A stretch of DNA of 64,000 nucleotides from Octopus bimaculoides (Eukaryota), in NCBI RefSeq assembly GCF_001194135.2, contig NC_068981.1, positions 191,943,582 to 192,007,581 of the forward strand, in the 5' to 3' direction. A program made the translations under genes and the position numbers. The notes under the pieces were generated by a model, which was not told the DNA's origin, made no database searches, and was given only the letters and a program-made list of their open reading frames with translations. Below are positions 1-14,135 of the stretch, piece by piece; within the stretch, counting starts at the first letter, position 1; each line of letters starts with the position of its first letter.

Positions 1-1532
1 GAAGTTTCAGATTTTGGCTTTGCAAAGAGAATGAAGTCAGAAGAAAAAAGTGGTGGTGTAGATTAAGTAAAATTAGAAAGGAACTGAAGATGAAGGTTGT
101 GAAGTGAGGTGAGAGGGATGGCCTAAAAGAAAGGGTGAAAAGTTAGAAGTGAAAGGTGAACAAAGCAAAAAAGAGATATAGTGAGAAGAGCAAGTGCTTG
201 AAATAAAGATAAATAGAAAGAAAAGATGAAGTGTGAAAGGAAGGGGTAGGGGAAACTAAGGGAGACAAAGAACAGTAACTATTCATAGGGGAACCTACAA
301 AGGGAGCCTCCAATTTACTAAAAATACCAGCCTTCAAATCATAGTCTACTAAGACACATTTGACAATGTAGTCCATGATATATAAAGTCAGTCAGACATC
401 TGGACAACAGTCTTTTGTCAGTTCTGTTTTAAGATCATTATTTTCCTTGCTGGTATGGTTCATATGGAACTTGTTGGGGCAAATTTTCTACAGTTGGATG
501 TTCTTTTTGTCACTAACCCCTATTGATTTTCCAAGTGAAGTAATTTTTTTGAAGCCAATGGTCTTCAATCAAAAGCTGAAGCTATAGGGAACTTTACACT
601 TACCAGAGAATGTAAACAAAGCTATTGTTTATAGTCAAACCATGTTAATGAAGACATGGAATCAATCACACACACAAATACACACATGTAGGATTAGGGA
701 CTTCTCAGTTACCATCTATGAAACCCACTTATAAGGCATTGGTTGATATGAGATTATTAAAAAACATCCAAGGTGCCATACAGTGGGACTGAACCTAGAA
801 CCGTATGCTATGTAATAAACTTCATTACCACACATTTATGTCTCCACCTGAGACACATATGAGATGTTTATATACAAAGACAAAAGGATTATTGTTTGAA
901 CAGTTCTGATCACAAGTTTGTTTGATGAGAATTGACCTAGGGCTAAACAACAGCAATTATTTACAGATACACACATAAACAGATATATGCACATACTCAC
1001 AAACCTGTACACAGAAACAGGCACAACTCAACCAGTTTATTTGTATAGAACAATGTTATTAATTTTGAATGAACAGAAAAGGAAAGAAGAGTGGATCAGC
1101 ATTATGCTGACATGATTAAACCATTTCCAAATAGCTTTAATGTAATACTTTCTGGCCATAAAGACTTTTTTTTTCAGGCTGGCAATAACCAACACAAGAA
1201 ATATGTTCTCGTATAAAAGTTAACTTTTCATGTTCATCAAATCATAATCTCAGTTAATGGAAGTCTATTATACATATTTTAGACAAACGTTTGTGTATTT
1301 AGCCAGTCAGTAGAATGTTTTGTCCAAGGTATTTTCCCATCAGTCATATTGCTTTAAAATATAATTTATTAAAATGAATTTAATTCTTTGAAATAGATAA
1401 AATATCTTAATTTTAATAAGAATATTACTGAAGTGGTGTTTTAAAGGGCAGTGAGGGGTTGAATGAGGAATGGCAGCAGTTACATAATCATTTTGTTAAT
1501 AGAATCTTAGAAAAGATTATAGATACAAATGA

Positions 1533-1975
1533 GGCTGTGTGGCAAAGGAGTTTACTTCAGGTTCAGTCTAAGTGTGTGGCACTTTGGGCAAATATTTTCA
1601 ACTATAGTCCTAAGCTAACCAAAGCATAGTGTGAATGGGTTTGGTTGATGAAAACTGAAAGAAGCTGTGTGTGTGTGCATGCATATATGCAAATATAGTT
1701 AGACAGATACATACATGTGTATATATGTATATATGTGTGTGTGTGTATATATTTTTGTGCCTCTTTTACTAGACAAAGTAATAGCTGTAAATAAGTATCA
1801 TAAGCAATGTCATTTATTTTCAATATTCTACAAAACCTTGTTTGGCCATGAGGAAATATTATTTTGCTTGGAAACAGGTGAGGCTGGCGACAGGAAGAGC
1901 ATTCAGCCATCAGAAATCTGATAATTCCACCTGACCCATGCAGGCATGGAAAAGTGGATGTGAAAACAATATTGA
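1533..1975 (+). mobile_element. tRNA-derived SINE, tail type 2, degraded
   Basis: Head ggctgtgtgg...ggcactttgggcaaa, internal (TG/TA)n, tail ggaaacaggtgaggctggcgacaggaagagcattcagcc...catggaaaagtggatg. Confidence 0.72.
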
Positions 1976-4864
1976 TTATGATATGTATTATTATTTTTTT
2001 CTTCAGGCAATAAAATGTTTAGTTTGGTTATCTTGTAGAAAAAAATACTACCATAAACTGATTTCTAAACATAACATAAAAATTATAATTAATATTATGG
2101 TGAAAGTGGTGTTAAAAAAAAGAAACTACAAAGAAATAAAACTCTGGTAATGAATTGAGAATCTATGCACAGAGATGATAGATTGTTGGAATATAGGGCA
2201 GACATATTGATGGTAAGAACAAGGGGTGGCCAGGGGTGGGGGTATCTATTACAGCATACTATCATTGTAAAAAGAAAAAAATTTTAGATTAAAGAAAATA
2301 TGAAAAAGGTAAATTTTATTTTAAATTGTTGATTGAAATCATTTCAAGAAATTTTAACAAAGCCATATCTAAAATATTGAAAATGATTCTGTAGAATCAT
2401 TAAGAGGAAGAGGACAAGAATCAATAAATTTGTTCGAATGTGATTTTGGATGATTTAATTAGAGATGGAAACAGAAGATATAGGAAAATGGCATATTAAT
2501 ATGACAGTGAATATTATCTTGTCTTTAGTGATAACCATGAAATTACATCAGAGTTTCACAGAAGCATTTTATAGTTTCACCAATATCATATGCAGACCAT
2601 TGTTAGAAATAAATCTAGAAAGAATCCAAAGTTGTGAATAAGAAGAAAAAAAAAGGAAAGACAACAGAAAAATAGTGTTTAAACATCGTAACAAATTACC
2701 GAAGATACTTAATGACAATGTAACGGTGGAGGAGTGAAAACCAGAGAAAATTGATAATGGAGATAGTTTAGAATGACAACAATTATTATTATGAACTAGC
2801 TAGAATATTGTAATAAATATAGCATACAATATTAGATGTAGAATTATAATTGCATGATGAAAGGAAGGAAAGAAGAATGTTAAGTTCTTGATAATAATTA
2901 TAAATGGGAATGATTTATTTTGACAAGATTAAATTATAAAGGACACAGATTAAAATCAACCCATCTCAATTCTCACCAGATATTACTGATACTTATATTT
3001 CTTTCATCTGGATCAAATACCAAAGCTGACCCGGGCAGAATGTCATCTCAAACTAATCAGATACTCAACTAAATATACTATCAAATGTAGAGGTTGACTC
3101 TACATTTCATACCATTTAATATTGGAGATGAATGTAAAGTTTTCTTTACTGTAATAATGTGTTATTAGAAAGAGACATATCTAAAGATGTTATTTATTAC
3201 ACATGAATAATTGAATTCTTCTGATTAGACACACAGTTTTAGATTTATTACAGAGAGGAAATGAAATAGTGATGTTCAGGTTAAATAAAACAGAGAAGCC
3301 AAATTGATCATATATTCATCTTCTGAAAACCTACCTCCACCACTCAACACTTGTAAATAATTAAGTCAGTCTTTTTCTAACATCTGTAAACTTTACTTCA
3401 TAAATCACCTTCAGACCTTAATCTCTGATGATGCACTTCTCTCTTCTCCAATAACTTCAACATCAGAACACACATTACTACAATCCTGCCTCAACTCTCA
3501 AATAATAGCTTGTTTACATCTGCCTTCCAGCTTCCCTTTGTGCTTTGCTATATTGCTTGCCTTCAATAATATCAAACTATAACTTTCTCCCAGGCCATAG
3601 AGCCTTAGCAATTATTTAAGACAAACAGTTCACAAGTTAATGATAATCTAGTGAAATGTAATGAAGCTGCTGACCTCCTTGCTATGGTTAACAACCAATG
3701 GTGAAAGAGGATTGTGTGAACATCTTTTATGATGTTTACCTTTTATGGAAATGGAAGAAGATGTTGAAGGTGAGCAGAACAATTATTAAATTTGAACACT
3801 TCTGACTTAAAACTGATAGCTCCAACAACTCCAGCTTGGAAACTATCATTTGGGAAAAATATATTTACAGACAATAATCCCTAACCCAGAATTAATTGTG
3901 TGTGTGCATGCATGTGCATGCCCCTGTGCACACATGTGCTGGGAAGGTGAAATAGTGGGCATGTATACAAAAGCTAAAATAATTCTAGATCTGGGAATTA
4001 AATTGAAGATTTATATAATTTATTATCCATATATAATAATAACCAATGTAAATGTTGGTGGGTTGATTTCTCCAGTCCCATTTTACATCATACAGAGAGG
4101 AGGAGAGAGTAAAAGAGAGAAACAGAGTTAACAAGAGGTGCAAGATAAGTGCACATACTAGGCTTGGTGGTAAACAATGAGTAAATGAACATTCATTTGC
4201 TCAATGTTTGTCATCAAGCCTAGTAAGTACATTCACCCTGCAACTCTCATATTAACTCTCTTTCAAAACACTCACTTCACTTTTAATTAAGTCACTAAAG
4301 CAATAAAAACTATCAACAACTTAGCAAGAGCCTTCCAAGCATTTAAAGTAATATATCTTATGTGTACTCTAACAGCTAACTATGACTGAATGTTACATAT
4401 GAAGTCTACGTTCCCTGTGATTGCACCCAAAGTTTAAAATATATGAAATTTCTATATACGCTTTTTCTGCTTATTATGTAGCACTACTTTCCTGATGGCA
4501 GTACAATCCTTTTGCGTTTCTTGCAACTATAGCTTACAAGATTTACTTGTGAGACCTGAGCCTTGATGTACATCCACCTGCAAACTAAATTTCTTGATGA
4601 ACTTAACTCATTTGGCTAATGGCATCATGTTACCTTCCACCTGGCTGGAAACTTGCACCAGCAACATAAGTTCTGTGACTCCCCTGCATATTGTCTCGTA
4701 CCTCATCTCCAGTTGTCTCTGTGTTATAAGTCCCAATCTACTCCTTCCTCCTGTCAAATGCATCAAATAGTATTTTTTTGAACCAATGACTGGTCAAAGG
4801 CTTTCTAGGCTTCCATATCTTCTGCAGGTTGTCTTGTGTCTCTGGGTCAAAATTAGTTCAGGTC

Positions 4865-5313
<449 letters not shown>

Positions 5314-5394
5314 GGATATCCATAGTACAACATGTCCCTTAAAACTGTTGACCTGGATAATGAAGTTGCTGCCATGTTGTCAGTAAGTAACCCA

Positions 5395-5450
5395 AGTTTA
5401 ATTACTGTATCTATCCATCCCTCTGCTAACAATATACCTACCCCACACAC
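5395..5450 (-). mobile_element. RTE APE-endonuclease remnant
   Basis: GVGILLAEGWIDTVI resembles the RTE endonuclease segment GVGILLAEKWVDKVI. Confidence 0.5.
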
Positions 5451-6147
5451 CATATCACTGTTACACATCCACAATAATGTTTACCTTTGTTCCTTGGCCT
5501 GAGGCTCCTCTCTATTTGGCCTCTTGTTTACAGCACACATCTATTCACCTGCATTCCAACTCCTCTGAATCTCTCCTCACCTACCTCTCACCATGCTGAC
5601 ACTGAAGCTGAGAGATTATTTATTAATGTGTTGCAAAATATACTAATGATCAGAGTTGTAAGAAGCCCTTGATAAACCCCATATTAAGTTCTGGTAAAGT
5701 AATGATTTTATTTGAGAACAATCCGCAAACACAACATAGCTTTGTATTTTACTACAACCATTATTAAATAAGTTAATCAAATATCTTTCATTCGTTATTT
5801 TTAACTAAAAAGTAATGGTGAAGACCACAGTTCATTTGCAAGAATTGACTGGTAAAGTCTGTTGAGGAAAAGTTTCTCAATATAAATATTGCAGATCTAT
5901 GAATGAAGGAGAGAAATGTTGGGGAGGGGACAGAATCAGAATTAATAAATAGCTTAGGAAAGCTTAGAAGGATTATTGCTGAAGATTACATGCTGAATGT
6001 TTCTATCAATGAGCGACAGGATTACTGTTGTCAAAACAGATATCAAAGCCAGCATATATCTACATTGTACACCAAGTTAAAACAACAGTGTAAAACTACT
6101 ACATATAACATCAGGTTTCAAAGCCAGTACAAATCATATAAAAAAAA

Positions 6148-6149
<2 letters not shown>

Positions 6150-6234
<85 letters not shown>
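6150..6234. repeat. (TG)n microsatellite
   Basis: Perfect dinucleotide run, seen directly. Confidence 0.98.
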
Positions 6235-6244
<10 letters not shown>

Positions 6245-6470
6245 CGTGCGTGTGCACTAATGTAATTTAGTTTTTCTAGTAGAAATATGAAACTGCTGTA
6301 ATGAATAAACCTTTCATACTTTGAAACATAGAAAACAAAATTTGACAGGGCAGTCATTCTTAATCACTTGCAAAAACAAGAAGGGCACAGATATTGATGA
6401 GTTGGAGTCTCCTTTAAATTGGAACAGTTAAAGAGATTATTTTGATATATTCAATATTGAACTCTCAGCT

Positions 6471-6720
6471 CATCACCATTATCATTTAATGTCCATCTTC
6501 CATGCTGGCATGAGTTGGGTGGTTTGACTGTATACAATTAACCTGAGGCTGTGTTGGGCTCTAATGTCTGCTTTGACAAAGCTTCTATGGTTGGATGCCC
6601 TTCTTAATGCCAGCCAGTACACAGAGTTTATTGGGTGCTTCATTTAGCATTGCAGCACAACCAGGGAAGTCACTAAGTAACTTGTCAGATCATGAGTGGC
6701 TGGATGTGTAAGAAGGTTCA
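6471..6720 (-). mobile_element. RTE 3' UTR / (GAT)n-tailed repeat copy
   Basis: catcaccattatcatttaatgtccatcttccatgctggcatg...ggatgcccttcttaatgcc. Confidence 0.75.
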
Positions 6721-9700
6721 TGAGGGTGTGACGGGAGAGTGACAGATGGTAAAGATGAGGATAAAAGTTAATGATGAACAAGGATGAAGGCATGAACACT
6801 GGTCTCAGTTTGAGGGAATGTAAGGAAAATAGGAATGGATCATGGAGGGGATGGTAAGTGGTAATACATAAATAAAAGGGTGTGGAGAACAACAATATAA
6901 TAAAACAGTAGATGAGAAAGAGGAAGGTAAGGTTAATTAAGCATCATTATTTCTTATATATATATATATATATATGTTCATTGTTGAACTATTTAGTATT
7001 CTATGTACACTTTCATCGTTGTGAATTATTTACATCACAACAAATGGTATTGCAAACAGTATCTGAATTGGTGCTATGTGATTCTGACTTTGCAGAACTA
7101 TGGTTAAGAAGGTCTGTAACAACCTCAAGAACAAAAGTAAATTGGGAAATAATAATGAATCTGTTGGAGTGAATGAGATGATTACAGACTTATTTGTATT
7201 TATAGAAACAACTATAAGATTCATTGGGGACTTCATAGGAAGAACTGAAGTTGAGAAATATGTCATTCAATGCACGTGAACTTCATGAAACAGTTGCATA
7301 TTTCCAACTATTACACTGTATATATATATATATATATATATATAACATCAGTGTTTTAACATTCACAACTGAAACTTCAATACAGGGTATACAAAATTGA
7401 AAGATTGATATAGAGTATATCTGTGAGTTAGGGGACATTCCAACTGTAGATTGCTTTCTTTTCATGAGTGTCTACCACTGACTGTCTTGTCACATCATTT
7501 GTTTCCTACATATTGGAATACGAAGAGGGGTCATTCATACCAGTAGTTCTGTATTTCTATGGTGGTTTGAAAGAGAACCCAGATTTATTGTATTAATACA
7601 AATGAGACTCACTGAAGCCATCCCATAATCCAAGAATGTGGAAATAATTATAGATGGAAAACATGTCACTCGATGCACATGTGAACTTCATGTGGCAAAA
7701 GTTTAATTATTTCAAACTATAACTCTATACAAAACATCAGTGTTTTCACATGAAAGGACTTAATACACTACGTAGGCAACTTAAATAATACTTCTAAGGA
7801 TCTTTTCACACAATTACAAGAGATATTGCATTCCAACAGAGTGCAGATTTCTTATGAAGTAGAGCCTAAAACTGTTGATGTCTAACATGTAACCACTTTT
7901 CCCTGGATTATTGCTTAGTTATACTATTTCCTCATACCAAAAGGCAACAAAGTCCTACATTGATGCGATCTAAGATTCATATGCCATTGCCCATGTCTTA
8001 TTCCTTAGATGAGCATATGTGGTATAAAATCATTATGATCCAACACCAGAAATTACAAAGATTGTGATACTAACTGGAATGAACACTGCTCTCATTATAA
8101 AGCATAGGGTGGGATTTGGTGTATAAAAAGTTTGGCTCCTGTACATCAAATCAAACTTATAGATCAACTGCTTACAATAAGTGATGGTAACTCAGTTTGC
8201 GAAACACATATGTTAACAAACAGGGTCAAGCATATAGAAAAAGGGACCTAAGTTGTATTCAATCCACCCAGGATAGGTTTCAGAGGGATGTGAAGATATT
8301 AGTATTATAATAGAAACATGAAACTATTGCTATGAATAAACTCCTGAAAGGCTGGACTGTTGATGGCAAATAGTTATGAAGACAAGAAGGCCTACAACTC
8401 CACGAGTAAGAGGATCCCTTCGCTTGTTAAATAGGCCTTTTTCATATGCACTGCATATATGCATACCTTCAGTTATGTGTCATTGTTTCTTGTTATATAA
8501 ATACACATTGTTGAAATATTGCTAAATCTAAATTCTTGTCTCTGTGAATCATTTACCCCATAACATATAGAAAATTACCCAGGATGAGACATTATGGTAA
8601 TACACAGGAAACACCTGCCTATATCCAGCAAGTGATATCTATTTTGATTCTTCTCTATTGACAGCAGAAGACCATTAATCAGAACATATTCATTGCTTCA
8701 CTCAACAATCATCAGTCAAAAATGTAATATTCCTGTTACACTGCATAAATATCGGTATAATAGACATATTTAATTCTGTTTGATCCACTATTTCAATAGA
8801 ACACAGTTCGTATAATAGATATTTGTAATTTATGATTCCAAATCAAAGCACAATAAAGATTAACTTCTATAAAGTTACCATTCCGTGATCAATGGTTTGT
8901 CATCTTGGAGATAACAATGGACCATCAGCTACAGTTTATAAAGAACCAACATTTACATGAGAATCACAACACAATTGAAGATATTTCTTCCTAAAATACA
9001 ATGAAATCCAATATATGGTCATTAAAAAAAATATATAAAAATATATGCATCATAAATACCAAATACTGTCAAAAATAAATAAAAAATAAACAATATAAAC
9101 TGCAGAAAGTTACATAAAGTAGTTTTATCCATGTTAGTGTTATAATGTCTAGCAACTATAATAATAATCGTTTCTAATTTTGGGACAAGAAATTTTGGAG
9201 AGAGGAGCAAGTTAATTTCATCAAGGTTATTACTAGATTGGTACTTATTGACTCTGAAAAGATGAAAAGCAAAATGGACTTTGGCAGTATTTGAACTTGG
9301 AACATAAAGAGCTAGAAGAAATGCTGCTTTGCATTTTGTGCACTAATGATTCTGCCAGCACACCACCATAATAATTCTTTCTGCTACTGACAAAAGTTAT
9401 GAAATTTGAGGGAAAGAAGTTAGTCTGAAAGAATGAAAAGCTAAGTTGACCTCAGCAAGATTTGAACTCAGATCATAAAGAGCCATAACTTAAACACTAC
9501 AAGGTAATCATTATATCATGCTGCCACCACCACCACCAATGTGACATTTGTATATAGTGCATAACTATTTAAGTAGGGGTATCTAATTGTTGCATTTTCA
9601 TTATGCGGTGGCTAATGGCATCATCTTTGACCTCTTCTGGCTTCTCTCCAGCTTTTTAATGACATTTTCTATGTTGGCATCGTTAACTTGGATCTAATTG

Positions 9701-10005
9701 TTATTCTTTCCATTTAGCCTGGATTTCTCACAGCCGCCACACTTGTTACTTTCTGTCACCAGTTTTCAATGTTATCTTTAACATCCAACCATAATGTATG
9801 CTTAATCCATTCTCAACTTTCCTTCTACAAACAACACATTGCTTTAAACAATTGCAATTAGTCTGTTCTTAACCTCTCCAAAAAGAGATATTGCCATTTG
9901 TATGTAAGCCATTCTTAATTGCTTTTTAGTAATTGAAGGCTAAATTTGAGGACCCTATTCCAATGTCAAAATGTTATTTCTAATATCATGTGGCTGTAAA
10001 GGATT

Positions 10006-10058
<53 letters not shown>

Positions 10059-10183
10059 NNNNNNNNNNNNNNNNNNNNNNNNNNNNNNNNNNNNNNNNNN
10101 NNNNNNNNNNNNNNNNNNNNNNNNNNNNNNNNNNNNNNNNNNNNNNNNNNNNNNNNNNNNNNNNNNNNNNNNNNNNNNNNNNN
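10059..10183. other. Assembly gap (125 N) between (TG)n and (TA)n
   Basis: N run. Other gaps are 18673-18682, 28729-28828 and 54165-54174; each abuts a microsatellite. Confidence 0.99.
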
Positions 10184-10214
<31 letters not shown>

Positions 10215-10560
10215 AGAGAGAGAGAGAGAGAGAGTGAGAGAGTGAGCAAGCAAGGAAGGTTTAGAATATTTATTTTGAAAATGCATGTAAGAACTTGATA
10301 AAACTTACAAACTGATATGAAAACATTCAGTTTGAGATACAAGAGTGATAAAGTTATTTTCGCTGTGTGTAAAAGAAGGAATGAACATTCTCTAAATTTG
10401 ATGCATGTCACATCAGTCAAATATTGGCAAGACTCAATTATCTTGTGGCAAGCAATTAATAACTGCGAGCAAGTTTTTTTCTTGACACATACTAAATAAA
10501 TGTTTCCAGCTTGTGATTGGTTTTGATATTTAAACAGAAAGTAATAATAATAAAATAATT

Positions 10561-10942
10561 TGGTATGACCACAGGCCAGACAGAGTGACTGTCAGAGACT
10601 TACAAAATCCTGTGGGATTTCCCATTTCAAAGGGACCAGGTGTTTGGGCACAACAAACCAAACCTAGTGGTGGCAAACAAGGTGAATCACATGTGCTCTA
10701 TAATTGATGTTGCATGTCCATTTGACCCAAGGATAGTTAGGAAGAAAGGCGAGGAAATAGGCAGATACAATCCTCTTAAATATGAGATAGTCCGACTGTG
10801 GAAGATGAAAAAGGTGAAAATAGTACCAACTATTGTAGGGGCCTCAGGAACAGTATCAAAAAATGGCAAGAGGAACATAAACCAGCTAATCATGCAAAAT
10901 TCCAAGAGTTCCAACCAAACCCAAGTTATAATGATAAGATGA
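10561..10942 (+). mobile_element. R4/Dong-like non-LTR retrotransposon fragment (restriction-like endonuclease domain)
   Basis: WYDHRPDRV..YKILWDFPI...KPNLVVANKVNHMCSIIDVACPFD...EEIGRYNPLKYEIVRLWKMKKVKIVPTIVGASGTVSKN fits the REL motif RPD(I/L)V...IIDIAVPxD...EKxxKYxxL...IVVGALG. Confidence 0.82.
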
Positions 10943-11262
10943 AGAAGAAGAAACAAAATAAAAGAAACAAGAAGGGAGAAGAAACAAGAAGGGAAAAAAG
11001 AAAGAAGAACCAACGACAAAAAAAAAAGGAAAAACATTGTGCTTTCAAAAACAACTAAGCTAATTCAATAGTTTTGATACTGAATTATGGAACTTGACAG
11101 GAAAAGCAAAATGATGAATAGTGTATAGAACTAAAATCAAGTTAATCTACATAAATATAATTAAGAATATACAAGTACATAACCAACTGTTAATTCATTA
11201 TCTCATTAGAAACAGTGATGATAGAAAAGAGAAAGTTATAAAAACTGTTTTGAGCAACTTAC

Positions 11263-11472
11263 ATCAAAATCCTTCAGCACTCGGCTTGCTGTAGGCTGTG
11301 AAGTAGCTAAACCAATACCAGAGTCTCCATTGACTGTCGGAGAAAGGCTGTCACTAGACATTCCACCATTGGTAACTATTTGATGAACCATGTCGAGTGC
11401 CCGTCGCATTTGGGCAAACACACCAGCTCGGTTTTGCTTGGCAGAATGGCAGTCAGGATGGCGCAAGCATGT
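11263..11472 (-). CDS. CTNNAL1: Alpha-catulin internal coding exon, 210 nt, phase 0/0
   Basis: Acceptor tctttgcag|ACA and donor GAT|gtaagt. Translation TCLRHPDCHSAKQNRAGVFAQMRRALDMVHQIVTNGGMSSDSLSPTVNGDSGIGLATSQPTASRVLKDFD; TCLRHPxC is a catulin hallmark. I found no further exon in 1-11262, so the gene continues beyond both window edges. Confidence 0.94.
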
Positions 11473-11940
11473 CTGCAAAGATTAATAAATACAGGTACTT
11501 TTATTTTTTGCTCCTATTATTCTTTCAATTACAGATTCTGCAACTTGTCAACATCATTACTATCATTTTACATCTGCTTTCCATATATATATATTCAGAG
11601 ATACTACTCACCTAGATGGGTTGGTGAACCACATCTTGCCCAATTGTTTCATTTTGGGTTTGGTTTTTATGGCTAGATGCCCATCCTAACACCAACCACT
11701 TTACAGAATGTACTGAATGAATCTTTTCAAGACACCATCACTTGGGAGGTAGACATGTTCTTTACATATACAAAAGGAACCCCATGATCCCACATTTAAA
11801 AATAAATTCAGGTATTATTTTTGAAGATCCTCAGTTCGGAAAAACTACTGATGCACATTTGAATGAAAGCCTTTAACCTTTAAAACAGAAGGAATCGGAA
11901 ACACTTTACAATGCTGTATGCCATTAATATCAAGAATATA

Positions 11941-12370
11941 GGCACAGATGTAGCTGTGTGATTCAGAAGCTGGTTTCGAAATCACATGGTTTCCAGTTCA
12001 GTCGCATAGCATGGCACCTTGGGCAAGTGTCTTCTACTATAGCCTCCAGTCAACCGAAGCCTTGTGAGTGGATCTGGTAGACAGAAAGTGAAAGAAACCC
12101 TCCATATGCATATATGTGTATGTGCATGCATTTGTGCATCTCCTTGACATCATGTAATAGTTGTAAATGAGTATCACTGTCATACAAGCAGTGTCATTCA
12201 TTTCTAATATGCAAAAATATGTATGGCTATGGGGAAATATTACCTTGCTTAGAAACAGGTACGGGTTGGTGACAGGAAGGGCATCCAGTTATAGAAATTC
12301 TACATTAATAAACTTTGTTCAGTCCATACAAGCATGGAAAAAATTGACCTTAAAACAATAATAATGATGA
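11941..12370 (+). mobile_element. tRNA-derived SINE, same head, tail type 2 (RTE-like 3' end)
   Basis: Head as at 4865; tail gggttggtgacaggaagggcatccag...catacaagcatggaaaa...ttaaaacaataataatgatga. Confidence 0.82.
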
Positions 12371-12783
12371 ATTCTGAAGTTTTTAATTCCATACATGGAT
12401 GGATCAAGCAGTTCTGGTATTGTTTTGATAATCAAAAAGCTAATGAAATCTAAGAATTAAACCAAATATCATTTCCTTACTAGCTGCAAAGATCTGTGAA
12501 TTGCAGCTGGGTTAGAATATAGTTGTGTCACAAAGGAACCAACTAGAAAAAGCTTAATATCATCAGAGATAAATGTTCCATTCAACTATTCCTACTTGAT
12601 ATGATGGATTCTTTATTTGGGTTTCATTTTCTAAAATCAATACACTTTCAATAAGTTTGTCCAATATTGTCCTGAGGAGGTTTAAGTTTCTACATACATC
12701 AAAGACTAAAAGGAGACCCTGATCAATCCATGTTAATATCAAAGGATCTTCTTATTTCAAGTGACAGAAGGAATTCTAAATAC

Positions 12784-12873
12784 CTTGGACGAAGTTAGCA
12801 GCATCATTGTCGCCTTTTCAAGTACTGCACGTGCTGCCCCCATTTGAGCACGCTGTTTATCACTCTTAAGATC
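12784..12873 (-). CDS. CTNNAL1: Alpha-catulin internal coding exon, 90 nt, phase 0/0
   Basis: Acceptor aaatttcag|GAT and donor AAG|gtattt. Translation DLKSDKQRAQMGAARAVLEKATMMLLTSSK, matching catulin DLKDEKKKAKMAAARAVLEKCTMMLLTASK as recalled. Confidence 0.95.
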
Positions 12874-13429
12874 CTGAAATTTTAAAATAAAGGGATTTAA
12901 TTTCTCAGAAGTAATATTTAAATGAAGGGAAAATGTTTGACATAACAATCTCAAATCTTCTATATCCTTAATGTCACATATTATTATATACATTACACAA
13001 GCACATACACACAAATAAATGCATATACACAAATACGCATACATACAACTACACAGATACAAACACACATATACATATACACACATGTATACAAATAATT
13101 ACATACATATACATACAAACACACCCATACGTACAACTTCATCTATGTTCATATGTATGACAAAGAATTGTGTTTTTATTTGCAGAGAAAAATTACTTCT
13201 GAAATAAAGCCAAAAAAATGTTGAATGGGGAAGTCATTTTTACAGCATTTTAGTTCCAGCAGATTAACAAACACAAGATGAAAAATTAAAAAAGAAAAAA
13301 AAGAAAAAAAATTTTCCACTGCAAATTCAAGTTTCAATCATCTTTCCTTGCCTCAATTCTATGTTGCACTCACTGAACTCTTCTCCAGAGTATCAAATAG
13401 ATAGAGAGGCCATCAAGCTTTACAATAAC

Positions 13430-13472
13430 AACAACAGTAATAATAATAATAATAGTAGTAATAATAATAACA

Positions 13473-13506
<34 letters not shown>

Positions 13507-13520
13507 TGATGATGATGATA
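13430..13520. repeat. (AAT)n/(GAT)n trinucleotide compound repeat
   Basis: Seen directly; a similar tract lies at 15120-15190. Confidence 0.95.
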
Positions 13521-13911
13521 AATCAGTTCTATTTCCGTAGCTGAGATTTCAAATATGCAAACCATAAAATATGCTAAACTGAAATGTTGTGTAAACAATA
13601 ATTCAAATTAATGTCGATGATGAAAGAGGAAAAGGAAAAAATAAAACAGCTGTTTGAGTGTTTATTTGCATTTATAGTACTTAATAACACTGTTTTCTGG
13701 TTATAACAATAACTAATAATTACTTAAACAATGTCTGCTTAATGTTACCAATTAATTAATGAGATTCTGCATCTTCTACTTTTAAAACTAGTAATAGGGT
13801 TATATAAGCAGAAATAAGATAAGAACATAAGGCCTATACATACATGTATGTGTAAGTGTGTATGTATGTATGTATGTATGTGTAAGCATATATATATATA
13901 TATATATATAT

Positions 13912-14135
13912 AGGCACAGGCATGGCTGTGTGGTAAGAAGCTTGCTTCTCAACAACATGGTTCAGGATTCAGTCCCACTGCATGGCACCTTGGGCAAGTG
14001 TCTTCTACCTTAGCCTCGGGCCAACCAAATCCTTGTGAGTGGATTTTGTAGATGAAAACTGAAAGAAGCCCATTGCATATGTGCATGTGTATGTGTGTGT
14101 CTGTGTTTGTCCCCTATCACCACTTGACAGCCAAG
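13912..14135 (+). mobile_element. tRNA-derived SINE head copy
   Basis: ggcacaggcatggctgtgtggtaagaagcttgcttctcaac...ttcagtcccactgcatggcaccttgggcaagtgtcttct. Confidence 0.85.

Noticed and set aside
3083-3107. Perfect 10-bp hairpin AAATGTAGAG-gttga-CTCTACATTT
   Set aside because: Isolated and AT-rich, with no Helitron CTRR end or TSD; too short for a miRNA precursor and plausible by chance.
13912-13985. tRNA gene candidates (A/B-box-like motifs)
   Set aside because: They are SINE heads: no complete cloverleaf, and each continues into SINE body sequence.
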